NCBI RefSeq assembly: GCF_963921235.1
Contig: NC_086097.1
Span: 84,880,001-84,944,000, forward strand
Source: Mobula hypostoma
Taxonomy: Eukaryota
Reading direction: 5' to 3'
Length of the DNA stretch: 64,000 nt
Part shown: piece by piece, positions 14,185-27,594 of the stretch
Layout of the letters: each line of letters opens with the position of its first letter
How positions within the stretch are numbered: position 1 is the stretch's first letter
Program-made: the position numbers and the translations under genes
The notes under the pieces: generated by a model
The model's database searches: none
What the model was told of the DNA's origin: nothing
The model's input: only the letters and a program-made list of their open reading frames with translations

Positions 14185-14592
14185 CATTCACTGGCTGCGA
14201 CAAGAGAGCAGCGTCTATCATCAAGGACCCCCACCATCCCAGCCATCCTGTCTTTTCGTTGCTGCCATTAGGAAATAGGTACAGGAGCCTTGGGTCTCAC
14301 ACCACCAGGTTCAAGAACAATTACCCCTCAACCATCAGACCCCTGAGCCAGAATGGATAACTTCACTCACCTCAACACCGAATTAATTTCACTCACTTTT
14401 AAGGTCTCTGCAAATCATGTTCTCAGTCTTTATTTACTTACTTTTTTTTGCATTTGCACATTGGTTGTTTGTCAGTCTTTGGGTGTTGGGTTTCATCGAT
14501 TCCATTGTTTTTCTTTGTTCTTCTGTGAATGTCTGCAAAAAATGGTGACATACACATGTTTTGATAATAAATTTACTTTGAACTTTAAACTT
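14185..14592 (+). mobile_element. Rex1/Babar-like LINE 3' fragment
   Basis: Encodes IIKDPHHPSHPVFSLLPLGNRYRSL..HTTRFKN. Ends with aataaatttactttgaacttt. Confidence 0.75.
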
Positions 14593-15247
14593 TGAGCATT
14601 CAGTCTCCCTGTCCTAGGCAGTCTTCTGTGAATTATATAAACAGGAGTGTTTTTTCACTATCTGAAATCAAATCTTATGATTGTGTGAATTGGTGGATGC
14701 AGCACTATAAACACTGTCAGTGGAAGTGTACCCTCAAGTCTTTTATTTTAGGAAAAATGCTCTGAGATAAAATTAAGTAAAATGAGGACAATTATAACTC
14801 ATCAAGTTGATCTATCTTAGGTATACAATTAAGTGAACTATTTCAGTTTAACAGACATTGTAATGATGCTTTTAGTACTGAAAATCTTCAGATGTCTTCA
14901 TAGGATCTTATAATATTCCACTGCCTGGAAATTCAGTTATTGGTTGCTTTGATTTTAATGTTATGTAGTTGAAAATCTTCCAGCAGCGACCATTTCTATT
15001 CCATTTTGGGTCTTACTAGAAATTCACCTGGCACGTCAAGGCAAAGACGTGCTTTTCCAAACCTGATGCCAATTCCATTCCATGAGGAATTTTGAACTAT
15101 GACAGGGATTATTAAACTAAATTGTCTGACTAAACATCTGGATTGGGACCCCGTGAGCTAAATTACGTATTTCCCTTTGTACCGCCTGCTTCTCAAACCA
15201 AGTGACACCTTGCAATGCCAAGATATCAGTCTTGAGTCCCATACCCA

Positions 15248-15540
15248 CTCTTATAGAAGTCTACAAAATCATGAGGAAGCCGGCTGGTGGCGTAGCGCTG
15301 GACTTCGGGGTGAGAGGTCCCGAGTTTGAGTCTAGCCGGCTCTCTTGCATGCTTTCCATCCGTGCCTGGGTTGTGTCGAGCTAACAACTTGACCTCGTAA
15401 AAAAGAACCTGGAGAGGGATGGGCTCCGCCAGGCTTCACATGCCCAAGACACGCTGTATGATGAGCATACCAAAAAGATCGATGCAAAAAGCTTGTCATG
15501 ACAGAACCCCGACGACTCCACCAGGAGTTAAGGGCACGTG

Positions 15541-15594
<54 letters not shown>

Positions 15595-15940
15595 CATGAG
15601 GGCCCTGGATAGGGACAATGTGCAGAGTCTTTTCCTCAGGATTGGAGATATCAAGAATTAGAGGCCATAAGTTTAGGGTGAGAGGGGAAAGATTTTATGG
15701 GAATTTGAGGGGCAACTTTTTCACCCAGAAGGTGCTCAATACGTGAAATGAGCTGCTGGAAGAAGTGATTGATACAGCTACATTAACAACATTTAAAAGG
15801 TACATTGTCGGGAACATGGATAGGAGAGGTTTAGAAGGATATAGGCCAAACATGGGCAAATGGGTCAAGCTTAGATGGGGATGTTGTTCAGCATGGACCA
15901 CTTTGGCAGAAGGGCCCCTTTCTGTGCTAAATGACTCTAC
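15248..15940 (+). mobile_element. CR1 LINE 3' fragment interrupted by a SINE
   Basis: LIEVYKIMR|ALDRDNVQSLF is continuous across the SINE insertion. Confidence 0.8.
15277..15587 (+). mobile_element. tRNA-derived SINE with (CA)n tail and 14-bp TSD
   Basis: A/B-box-like head (tggcgtagc...gagtttgagtct). ACAAAATCATGAGG at 15263-15276 and 15588-15601. Confidence 0.8.
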
Positions 15941-16344
15941 AGCTCACTCACTTTAAGTACTTATGCCCCCTCCTGGTCCCGATTCCTCTCCCACACCCTT
16001 GAAGGAGATTTCCTTTCCAGCCACCAGACCTAGCCTTGGTCCCCAGTGGAAACTTTCAGCGGCACCCTAAACCCCATGGCTGAAGGTCAACAAGCAGAAT
16101 GGTTTGGAGAACCCCACTGTTGTATCCATTTGGCCTTGTATTTAAGAACTAGGTTTTCATCCTCAGATGAAACCGGTTTTGCTGTTGACATTTCCTATGA
16201 ACCGGGCATTTATTCCTGAAGAAAGGTTGGAAGGTAAGCCATGGTCTTTGACACATGATGTGTCCAAGTTTAGAGAATGGCTGCCTAGCCTATCAGCTAC
16301 TCAACTTCACTGTGCCTTTGCAGCTTCCCTCACTACAAGAGTCG

Positions 16345-16510
16345 ACTCAGTGGCACAGCAGTTAGTGCTGCTGTCTCTCAGTTCCGGGGAGGTAGATTGA
16401 TCCAAACCTTGTGTGCTCTCTGGTGGGAGTTTGTATGCTATGCTTGAGGCAGTGTTGGATTCTGCTACGTGCCCCGGTTTCTTCTCACATCCCAAAGGCA
16501 CACTGCTTGG
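16345..16510 (+). mobile_element. Degenerate V-SINE (HE1-like)
   Basis: tRNA-like head and V-domain-like gtgccccggtttcttctcacatcccaaagg. Confidence 0.55.
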
Positions 16511-17252
16511 TTAATCACCTCTCGATGTGGTTTAATGGTTAAAAAAAAGATCAAAAGGACCAAAGAAAGGATGGTGAACATGTATGATCAAAACTGACTC
16601 ACAAGAATACAGAATAAAAGAGAGTGTTTAGGACTGATTGAATTGTTCTTTTGGAAGTTGGCATAGGTTGGATGTGCTGAATAGCCTTTTTCTTTTTCAT
16701 TGAAAGAAATTGCACAGATTACTTAATTCTGATTCCTCACTTGCAACTATCACTTAGAAGTGTTCTAGCACATTATCAGTCTTCGCATTGCTTTAAATTG
16801 ACAAGAGTGATTTTTGTTACTTCCTGGTCCATTAGCTCTCAAGACAACTCATCAAAATATCTTGTCCCCCTTGGTTTCAGTAGCTCCAGGCATTATCCTC
16901 TCAGTTGTATTTAAATCTTTGAATTTCTTGGAACGTAATCCTAGGATAAGAAATAACTTATTTTAAAAAACATAATAAATCAGATCAAAATTACTATGGG
17001 CTAATTAGTAGTACACATTGAAAATACACAGACAGCACTTCATAATCTTGAAAGGCTCTCCCAATTTTACTACAGTATAGGAAAGACATAACTCCTATAA
17101 ATCCACCTCTGCAACTACAACTGCTTATTCCTACTAAATTATTGGTGAGTTTGTCAGCTTTCATTTGCCATTTTATTTTGAATGTTTAGAACTTTATGTG
17201 GTGTTCTAACTTGCAATACAACTTCAAATAACCTTTGTAATGAATTTTTAAC

Positions 17253-17860
17253 TGTGGATTGTCGTGGTTTCTCGTTTCTCACAAACGACAAGGAGACGCA
17301 GAAAACTCGTCAAGGCGTTTTAAACTTTAATTTGCAAATCAAAGCTGAGACAATCAGAAAGCTAGTAGCTGACTGCCCGTCGAGGCTTGTATACAGCATT
17401 TTTAATAGCAATTTCCTATCTTAGCTACATTATCACATCCAGTCAGCCTGTGATTACATATTATCAATATATCCGCTCTCGACTTTCCACTATTGTTTTA
17501 CTCCCCAACTTAGTTATGTCCTAGTTTACATTTTAGGCCAGGTGTCCTCTCATCCCTAACCACAGTTATTTCTTAATTAGTCTTGTGTTGACATACTGCC
17601 GCATATTTCATCACCTTACTCGCCACCATTATCTTTCTACTTGGTTTCATTCTAGTTCTCTTCATGAATTAATAGTGATCAGGTCAAAAGTCATGGCTAC
17701 ATAGTGAATACCTTCTATTGAGCTAGCAGTGGTTACATAGTAAATATAGAAAATACAATGTGTGCATTTGAGTAAATACTGTAATACATAGAAAATACAA
17801 TGCATGCGTTTACATTTTCCAATAGGATCTCATTTAGTTATTTAATCTCTGCTTCCACTA
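17253..17860 (-). mobile_element. Putative ERV-type solo LTR (~610 bp)
   Basis: TGTGGA...TCCACTA near-inverted ends with TAAC on both sides. TATA-like (ctattaaaaa) and ATTAAA signals are in the right order on minus. CpGs retained. Confidence 0.5.
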
Positions 17861-18422
17861 ATAACCCTTGAAAGAGATCTCCCTTCCCGCTACTAAACTT
17901 CCACTGCTCTGATCTTCCCTCCTCTCCAGTCACCAGACATGGCCTTGGCCCCCAGTGGAAGAATTTCAAAGGATGTTATGTCTGTTCAGCAGCACCCAAA
18001 CCCCATGGCTGAAGGTCAACAAGCAGAATTAAGAGGAGCTATAGATTTTTTTGGTGTCAAGTACCAATTTATATGACTTGCAATTTCCAGCACTCAACTC
18101 ATTGCCTTTGCTATGGCTTTTCAGATGTTCATCGAAATACTTCTTAAACATTATGAGAGTTCTTGCTTGTAGTAAGCCTCAGGTTTGTGCATCCCATATT
18201 TCAGCTTCCCTTGGGTGAAAATTTCTTCCTTAACTCCCCTCTAATTCTCTTTAAACCTGTGCTCTCTGGTTAACACCTGTAACAGGGGCAAAATGTTTCA
18301 CTATTGACTAACCTATGCCCCTTATTTCTTTGCCTTAGCTAGGTCACTCTTTGCCTTCTCTGTTCCAAGTCACACCCAGTCAAAGTTCAAAGTTCAAAAT
18401 ATATTTATTATCAAAGTATGTA

Positions 18423-18934
18423 CAGTACTGTGCATAAGTCTTAGGCACATATATGTAACTAGTGTCCTAAGACCTTTGCACAGTTATATGTGTTGCACTA
18501 GACTCTGCCTCAAAAAAAAGTGACTGATGATAAGCCTGATTCTAATATGGGACTCTATTGTGGACAGAGAGTGTGAAGTGGGCAGGGAGAAGGGAATCGT
18601 GATTAGAAAAAGGGGAAGGGAGAGTGAGGGAGTGGGAGGCACCAGAGAGACATTCTGTCATGATCAATAAGCCAATTGTTTGGAATCAAGTGACCTTGCC
18701 TGGTGTCATAGGTCTGGGTGTGTCTGCACCCACACCAAACACTGCCCCATCGGCTCTCCTTCTCTGCCAACCGCCCCACACCACCCCCCCACGGCACATC
18801 ACTCTCGCCAACATCCTTTGCTCCTGCCAGATTTATAAACTCACTCTCCGCTCCACTTCGACAAATACAGTACCTTGCAAAACTCTTGGGCACCCTAGCT
18901 ATATATATGTGCCTAAGACGTTTGCAGAGTTCTG
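18423..18934. mobile_element. Tc1-type MITE inserted in a Rex-like LINE tail (18383-19165)
   Basis: TA|CAGTACTGTGCATAAGTCTTAGGCAC ... GTGCCTAAGACGTTTGCAGAGTTCTG|TA, with internal TIR copies. Confidence 0.75.
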
Positions 18935-20629
18935 TACATGTCACCACATAGTACCCTGAGATTGATTTTCTTGCAGGCATCCACAGTAGAACAAAAATAT
19001 AGTGGAACCAGTGAAAAACTGTACGCAAAGACTGACAAATAACCAACATGCAAATGAAGACAATTAGCATATACAAACATGGAGTAATGATAATAATAAA
19101 TAAATATGTAAATAATACTGAGAACATGAGTTGTTGAATCTCGAAAGTGAGACTATAGGTTGTGACCCCGGTCTATCCAATCTCCCTGTATAAACGAAAG
19201 GCCGCATCTCAAGCAATGACCTGGTGAATTCTTCTGCACTCTCTACAGTGCAGTCTGGTAGATGGTCATTCAGTTGTCTTATATTGTTATACCATTACCT
19301 CTTTGCTCTGATATTCCGTGCCCAGCTGATGAAGCCCAGTAACCTGCATGCCTTCTTTACAACTTTATCTCCTTGTAGCACTGCCCTCAGGGATCCTTAG
19401 AAATGTGCGTTAATCTCAAAAAGCAGAGCAGGAGGATCTGCCTGGCGGGGTCCTATTGGCTCAGCTTGTTTGTTTTCCTTTCCCTATTTTTCCTTCTGCT
19501 TAGTTCCTTCTGGGAGTGGAAGACATATCCTCCCCGACTTGTTGAGCACGCTTTCCTGCTCTGCGTTTCTCACCATCTCCTTCCTTTGTCTGTGTTCTCA
19601 CTCTCTGAGTGCTCACATTCACTCATTGACCAGACAACCTTGTCCCCCGGGTCATCCCAGCTTTACATTATTTGATACATCCCTCTTCCGCCCCCCCACT
19701 TCCCACAGTTTATTAAGCTTCTTTTACCTCCTTCCCAGTTCAGGCAAGGTTAATTGGCCCATGATTAGGCTGTGATTAAATTGGGGGATTGCTGGGTGGC
19801 GCGTCTCGAAGGGCTCGAAGGGCCAAATCCTCACTGTATCACAATAGATAAATAAATAAATAGAAAGATAGATAAATAGATAAATAAGTAAATAAGATCT
19901 TTGACTGTGAACTATAAACATTACCTCTGTTTCTCTTCTCAAGACATGTGTCCTGACCTGCTGATTACACACAGCATTATCTGTTTTTATTTTATGCAAA
20001 AGGAAAATATTCAGAGTTGAAATCGATGAAATAATAAAGGAAGAAAATTGGACCTTTTGTCTTAAAACAAAATCATTCTGGAGATATGAACATTGCTCTT
20101 AAGGCTGACATCAATTGCCTGTATCTAATTGTCTTGAGAAGGCAGTGATGAGCAATCTTCTGTAACCACTGCAGTGAGTATAATTAACGTACTGCTAGAG
20201 CTCTGGTATTCAGAGGCTAGGCAGTGTAGCGAGGTACCTTTGTGTTCAAACACTCCAGAAGCAGATAGTGGAAGTGGAATTCTTTTATCTGAAGCCAATT
20301 TAAAGAAGATGAACATTTGTCAACAATGGTTGAGGTTTCTGATCATTACCATTTACTTCCAGGGTCACATCTGTTAACTGTCTGTCTTTGCGCCAAAGGG
20401 AGACACAGGCAGCATAACCCATCTTTAGATTTCATCTACATGGCATTTCAAAGCATTCTCCTTTAATCCAAATGAGGGTTTCACTGCAGTACTGCACAGT
20501 GCCCAGTAGACCTGCACACAGTGAAATATAGAGAAAAAAGAGTGGTGACTGCATTTCCATGAAAGTGGCCATTGTAACAGATGAAGATTGTGAAGTGTGT
20601 TCCACCTATATCAATTACTTTGCTATTTG

Positions 20630-20867
20630 GAGGGGAGGGGAGGGGGAGGGGGGAACGTCGACTCAGACCATGAGAGGCCTGCGTCAGGCATTTTCATGCC
20701 TTACAAGGCACAGATTGGAAGTCTGTGTGGGGCGCCACTCCTCACACAGACACTAGAGCAATGTGTGGTTAAGTGCCTTACTCAAGGACACAAACACGCT
20801 GCCACAGCTGAGGCTCGGACTAGCGACCTTCAGATCACTACATGAACGCCTTAACCACTTGGCCACG
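20630..20867 (-). mobile_element. tRNA-derived SINE with 9-bp TSD and C-rich tail
   Basis: Minus head gtggccaagtggttaaggcg...ggtcgctagtccgagcc. TGCTATTTG at 20621-20629 and 20868-20876. Confidence 0.8.
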
Positions 20868-21624
20868 TGCTATTTGCGAGCTCTGTAAAACCTCATGTTA
20901 TAGATTTAAGTGAATAACTAAGCACAGTGAAGCAGAGGTTTGTTATTGATATTTGCTTAAATCAGCCTAGCTAAAATTAAGAGAGAGATTGACTGGGGCC
21001 AAGGGGTGCCTACTCAAGCAATTGTCAGGGTCAGTATCTTCTGCAGAAGAGATGTTCCATACCTGTTCTTCTTTCTTGCTGTGCCATTCACTCACTCCAG
21101 CAGAGAGGATTGGATAACCTGTTCCCACCCTTCACACATGGCCTCTGTGAGCCAGATGTCGGCAATTCTTTTTCAGGGATGACTTTGATTTGCCACTCCC
21201 CTCTCACCTGCTGCAGATGGTAGGGCTGTTGGCACACATCGATAATGGCATGGCAGTAACTGTTAAAAATCCCAGTGTGGGAGATCTCAGAGGAAGGGCA
21301 TGTTCTGACATCTTACTGTGGATAACATGGTAACTCGGCATAGTCTTCTTGTTGCCATGCATGTAACTTACTGTGTTCGAGCATGACTTTGCTTACTTAA
21401 TAACATTGCCACAGCATGATCCATAACACTTACGGCAGCTGTTCACAGAATTCTTAAACATTGTAATAATTATTAATATATAAACAGAAAATGCTGGAAA
21501 TACTTAGCAGGCTGTATCTGTGGGAGGAGAAGCAGAATGAGGTTGACAAAGTCTTTAATTCAGGAAGTGACTAGGAAGGAGCAGCAAGTGTTTGTCTTGA
21601 CAGTGATTTCCACTTCTCATGAGC

Positions 21625-21965
21625 AATGATCCCAGGAATGAAAGGGTTAACTTACAAGGAGGATTTGCGAGCTCTGGGCCTGCACCCGCTGGAGTTGAGA
21701 AGAATGGGAGGGGGGGATCTCATTGAAACCTATTGAATATTGAAAGGCCTAGATAGAGTGGACAGGGAGAGGATATTTCCTTTAGTGGGAAATTCTAGAA
21801 CCAGAAGTCTCAGCCTCGGAATAGGAGGATGCCCTTTAGAATAGAGAAGAGGAGGAATTTCTTTAGCCAGCGAGTGGTGAGTCTGTGGAATTCATTGCTA
21901 CATATAGCTCTGGAGGCCAAGTTATTGGGTATATTTAAACTGGAGATTGATAGTTTCTTAATTAG
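21625..21965 (+). mobile_element. CR1 LINE ORF2 C-terminal fragment
   Basis: PFRIEKRRNFFSQRVVSLWNSL. Confidence 0.8.
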
Positions 21966-22592
21966 AAGGTCCTTCCGATTTATCAACTTTCAGTCTCACC
22001 AGCTCTTTAAGTGCTAGTTCACATTCATACCTTTTAATGTACTTCCCCAATCAACTGCAGTCAATTTGCCCCTCACACCTCTGCAGTTTCCTTTGCTTAA
22101 ATTTCAGAACCGAGTTCCAGATTGGACTGCATTGTTTTCAAATTTGAAGTAAAATTTTATCACACCAGATTCAATCTTCCCAAGACTATTTTACAAGAAG
22201 ATTTTTAATATTCCTTTCTCTTTTCATAATGCTATATTTGTCTTATCTCTTTTTTCCCTTGTTGGTTTCTCTGCCTGTTGATCTAAAGATAATCCATGAA
22301 GACGCTTATGGCTGAGATACAGGGCGACACTCATGGCAAAATGTTACCAAGATTTAGTAAAGTCAACGTCGAGTTTGTCATCATACATTATGGCACAGGT
22401 GTATTATAAAACTTGCTGGCAGTAGCATCACAGGCAATTAACATCACACAAGCGGCATTTACAAGAAAAATATAAGCATAAGTTGCACACAATTTTTATA
22501 AGAAAGGCTATAATTAGAACAAAAAAAGTATGTCCATTTTAATGCAAATTGATCAGAGTGGCTGTGGTTATTGGGGTAGCATTTCAGAACAT

Positions 22593-22725
22593 GGTCCTGA
22601 AGAAGGGTCTCAGCCCGGAACGTTGACTGGTTGTTCATTTCCATAGATGCTGCCTGACCTGCTGAGTTCCCCCAGCATTTTGTGTGTGTTGTTTTGGATT
22701 TCCAGCATCTTCAGACTTTCTCGTG
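22593..22725 (+). mobile_element. Short Penelope terminus with degenerate hammerhead motif
   Basis: gtcCTGAAGAagggtctcagcccGGAAcgttgac followed by the family tail atagatgctgcctgacctgctgagttc. Confidence 0.8.
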
Positions 22726-22904
22726 ATTTTGGTGATGTTGGTTTGCCAACTTGTTCCAAACCTCACTTTTTAAACCCATCTTCATAGCTAGTACATTTCA
22801 GATCATAATATCATTAATATTTAGTTATTATTGAACTTTTTTGCTATGTCATTGTAGCCATAGATACAATTTGCCATTAAGATCTTCTGGTTGAAGGAGA
22901 GCAG

Positions 22905-23830
22905 GATGAGGAAGTGGAGCGATGTGTTAGTAAATTTGCTGATGACACAAAGGTTGGAGGTGTTGTGGATAGTGTGGATGGCTGTCAGAGGTTACAGCAG
23001 GACATTGATAGGATGCAAAACTGGGCTGAGTAGTGGCAGATGGAGTTCAACCCAGATAAGTCTGAGGTGGTTCATTTTGATAGGTCAAATATGATGGCAG
23101 AATATAATATTAATGGTAAGACTCTTGGCAGTGTGGAGGATCAGAGGGATCTTGGGGTCCGAGTCCAGAGGACACTCAATACTGCTGCGCAGGTTGACTC
23201 TGTGGTTAAGAAGGCATATGGTACATTGGCTTTCATCAATCATGGGATTGAGTTTAGGAGCCAAGAGGTAATGTTACAGCTATATAGGACCCTGGTCAGA
23301 CCCCACTTGGAGTACTGTGCTCAGTTCTGGTCGCCTCACTACAGGAAGGATGTGGAAACCATAGAAAGGGTGCAGAGGAGATTTACAAGGATGTTGTCTG
23401 GACTCAGGAGAATGCCTTATGAGAATAGGTTGAGTGAACTCGGCCTTTTCTCCTTGGAGTGACAGAGGATAAGATGTTACCTGACAGAGATGATGAGAGG
23501 CATTGATCTTGTGGATAGTCAGAGGCTTTTTCCTAGGGCTGAAATGGCTAGCATGAGAGGGCACAGTTTTAAGGTGCTTGGAAGCAGGCACAGAGGAGAT
23601 GTCAGGGGTAAACTTTTTTATGCAGAGAGTGGTGAGTGCATGGAATGGGCTGCCGGCGATGGTGGTGGAGGCGGATACGATAGGGTCTTTAAGAGACTCC
23701 TGGATGGGTACATGGAGCTTAGGAAAATAGAGGGCTATGGGTAACCCCAGGTAATTTCTAAGGTAAGGACATGTTTGGCACAGCTTTGTGGGCCGAAGGG
23801 CCTGTATTGTGCTTTAGGTTTTCTATGTTT
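22905..23830 (+). mobile_element. CR1 LINE 3' fragment (RT end to 3' UTR)
   Basis: VSKFADDTK, then ORF 23040..23462 (LYRTLVRPHLEYCAQFWSPHYRKD). Tail ttctatgtttc. Confidence 0.9.
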
Positions 23831-24226
23831 CGATGAGATGGCTCTGTGGTGAAAGATTAGTCTTGAACAGTACTGCACGTGAGACAGGCACAATTACCTT
23901 TACCTGTTCCTTTCGTTCATGTTCTGCTATTCTGAGCCAGGTCCATTTCCAAGTCTTCCCAACAAATGGATTTGTTTTACTATGTCCATATAGTGCATAA
24001 ACTTTAAATAAACTATTTCCCCATACTATTCTATTCCATTTACAAATATATGTAGGCTTATTAGTCCTTAATTATTAGGATGACTATTTGCTATGTTTAC
24101 TGGACTGTTCCTTCATTGTTAATAAAATGTAGGCCAAACCACTTTATGATTACATTTTCATACCAACAGTCTCTCTTAACTGGTGAAAACTGAAAGATAA
24201 TGTTACTGCCTTTAGGTAGTGAAGGA

Positions 24227-24467
24227 TGTTGTGTATTTATTATTTCAATAATATTTGAGTGATCTTGTGTATGTATATAGTTTGATAAAGCATTTTTGTT
24301 GCTTTAATAATTCATTACAGGTTATAACTATAAATTCTCAAATTGCATTCATCATCACGCTGCCAAGTGATACTTGCGCGCCTTGCTTAACTCAAAGTTA
24401 GGTCCGTATTTTCGGACTCCTGTATCTTCCTTTGTATTAGTTTAATGTTTTGAAGTTACAAAACATA
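24227..24467 (+). mobile_element. Putative solo LTR with 5-bp TSD AAGGA
   Basis: Starts TGTTGTG and ends AAACATA (no clean CA). AAGGA at 24222-24226 and 24468-24472. Confidence 0.55.
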
Positions 24468-26105
24468 AAGGACATCAAAGTTGGTTTTGGTGACTCTTTT
24501 GTCACAAATACCCAGGAATCCGACACTGGTCACCAAAAGAAGTCACAGTGAAGTGTTAGAAAGAAGTGATCCAGCCCTTTCCTCACAGTCGCTTCCACCA
24601 AATTGCTCAGGTTGAAAGATTGATCTAAAACTAGTGAGGAGAAAATTCATGGAGCACTGTAGCCACAGAGGAAGTACTCATTGCAGTGAAGTGCTGACTG
24701 AGAGTACTTTCCGATACCCCCTTCCCATTTGGCTATTTTGCCTCATTCCCCTCTGGACTAATTACTGATGCTGACAAAAGTGACTGTAGTTGCTGGAACC
24801 TGGTGCAAAACAGAAACAAACAGTTGAAGGAACTCTGTAGTCAGGTAGCATCTGTAGAGGAAAATACACAGTCAAAGTTTCAAGTCATCGGCACAAGTGG
24901 TGTTTGGGCTCAGATGGTTCACTCTAGCCCGGCAGCAGTGAGATGTTCGAAGTGGGATGAATCCATTGACTTTAATTTGTTTCTGCTGACCCCAAACCAC
25001 TGTGGTTTAAATCCTAGTGTTACTAAAGCTTCGTCTGAAATGAATGCATTGAACCATATGTTCCTGGCAACCACCTTTGCGTAGGAAACTCCTCTGACGA
25101 TGCAGTGTTAAAAGAAGTGCTGGTGCTGCATCATTTCTCTGGCAGCTTGCCAGGAATTCCAAAGACCTGAAGTTGTAATGAGGTATCTTACTTGCGGAAT
25201 GTACTGTGCTGTTCCTTTGGAGGAAGGCTCAGCCAGGCAGTGGCTGCTATTGCCTTCCCAAGGGATAAAATGGATCCGCTTTTCCGGCATCTATCTTTCC
25301 CAGGAGTAAACAAACAAATTAAAATAAATTATATTTTTAAAAATTTGAACTTTAGCTTCTGCTTAGGAACTCTAAAAATCAGATGCAATTAACTTTTCCT
25401 ATTATTTAGAAATAACAATGACAACCTCCACTCTTTCAAAGACTTAGTTTTTGGTAGTTTTGGACAAAGGCTGGTGGAGAGATGTGGAGAGGTAACTGTG
25501 ATGGGTGCAAAAAGACATAATTTAGGACATTTAAAGAAACACTCCTGAACAGAAAATGCATGCATAGGGCAAGAGTCAGAATTTGAGGGCACTGGACCAG
25601 GGATGTCCAAGAAAGCAACACAAGGTTTTTATTGAAGGCAGCCTCCAAAGCAATGGCATTCTTGCAAGTGAGTCATATGACCAGGCTGGTGTGCTTTGAC
25701 CATAGGGGCCTACATTAACTTTGAAGGCAGCCGATGGGATCAAGTATCGAGAACCTAGAATGCAGGAAGGTCTCGGCAAATTTAAATGCCACAACATCTT
25801 TCTTATGCCCCCACTGTCCCTGAGTGTGAGCCTCTAGGGACTGATTCGCCAGCTGTAATTTGGCTCACCAACGAATGATGTCATCGGACATGTCAACCGG
25901 AATTGTGATATGGACTGTGGACATGGGATTAGGTTACATGTGACTGAGCAGGCAGTAAACACAAGACTGTGAATTGAATTAAAAGCTACACATCAGAAAT
26001 CTGCAACAAAATCAGGAAATGCTAGAAACCATCAGCAAGTAAAGTAGCATATCTTATTTCCAAGTTAAAGGTTCAAAATATGTATACCATATAGAATCTT
26101 GAGAT

Positions 26106-26580
26106 ACAGTACCATGAAGTCTTAGGCAAATAGGGTGCCTGAAACTTTTGCACTATGCTGTTATTTGTCAGCATGGAGCAGAGAGCGAGTTTGTAAATCT
26201 GGCGGGAGAAAAGGATGTTGGGAACGGCGAGGGAGGGGTGTAGGATGGGTAGAAGAGTAGGAGTGTCAGGAGCAGGAGGGTGGCGTGGGTGCACATATAC
26301 CCAGCACTGACACACTAGGCAAAGTGATTTGAAACAATTGGGTTATTGATCGTTACAGAATGTCTCTTTGGTGCTTTCCTCTCCCTTCCCTCTCCCTTCC
26401 CCTTTTTCCAACCATGATTCCCCTCTCCCTGCCTGCTTCCCACTCTGTCCACAATGGAGACCCATATCAGAATCAGGTTTATCACCACACATATATTAAA
26501 CATAGAAACATATATATATCATTGTATGTCATGAATTTTTTTTTGTAGCAGTACAGTGCAATACTCCAGTACTGTGCAAC
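26106..26580. mobile_element. Second, opposite-orientation copy of the Tc1-type MITE
   Basis: Body is the reverse complement of 18500-18900 (e.g. gagtttgtaaatctggc vs gccagatttataaactc). Confidence 0.7.
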
Positions 26581-27594
26581 ATTAAACTGTTTTGGATTAT
26601 TGAGTCTATCTACACCAGTTCGCAAAATGATTTCGGAAGTTCCATCCCTCCACATGCTCATCAATACTGCATTGACTCTACACCCCGTCCTAAACTAAGG
26701 GTAATTACAGTGACCAATTAATCTATCAACTCGCACATCTTTGTGATTTGGGAGGGAAACCAATATGGCATTATGAGGACGTGCGAACTCTACACAGAAA
26801 CTACCCAAGGTCATAATTGAACCCAGGTTGCTGGATCTGGTATGCAGCAGCATTAATCATAACATTAATTGCTGTGCAGCCTGGCTTGGGTCAACACCCT
26901 TCTTCAGAACTGGGAAAAAAAGACTGTTCTTTCTCCATAGATGCTACCTGACATGTCGAATTTTGTATTATTTCAGACATATCTTGCGTCTTCAAAAACT
27001 GGTTTTGATTCCACTGCTTTTCTCCTCATATAATTTAATATTTGTTGAAATCCTATCTGTGGTCTATGTCCTATCCAGTTGTAAAAATGGATATTAATAA
27101 GGCATGAATGGTATGTGCTTGTGAATGTATGCAAAGAACAGTCTAAAATAGCTGGGACCCCTGTCTGAATGATGTAAGAAATTATGAGCAGTTCAGTATT
27201 CTACACTATCATGCTTAAGCAGCTGGTATTCTTGGTCTGATTGGACCGAGAATATATCTAACAGACCTTCAATTTGTGCTCAACAGTACAATGCAGAAAA
27301 TCCTCCTCTGCTCGAGCAGTTTATAAAAGCTCTGTGGGGTTTGAGGGGAAGAGGAAGATTAATTCAGTATTTCCATCTAGACTCACTAACAACCATATAA
27401 TTCTGTGTCTGGCATCCCACTGAATGAATTGTCCAATATAATCCCACACTACAACTTTTTCTCCACATTTCTACATATTAATCCTCTCTGAGTACACGTT
27501 CACTTGCTTTTCGAAAGTTGCCATGGAATTTGCTTCCACTTAAAATGCATCACTTCATAGTTAATTTCATTAATCTGCATCTGCCTACTTAATA

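Noticed and set aside
15277..15345. tRNA-like sequences (also 20790-20867 and 52099-52170)
   Set aside because: SINE heads followed by SINE bodies and tails, with no complete cloverleaf.
24485..24546. Short inverted matches (TTTTGGTGAC/GTCACCAAAA)
   Set aside because: Only 10 bp with competing pairings, compatible with chance.
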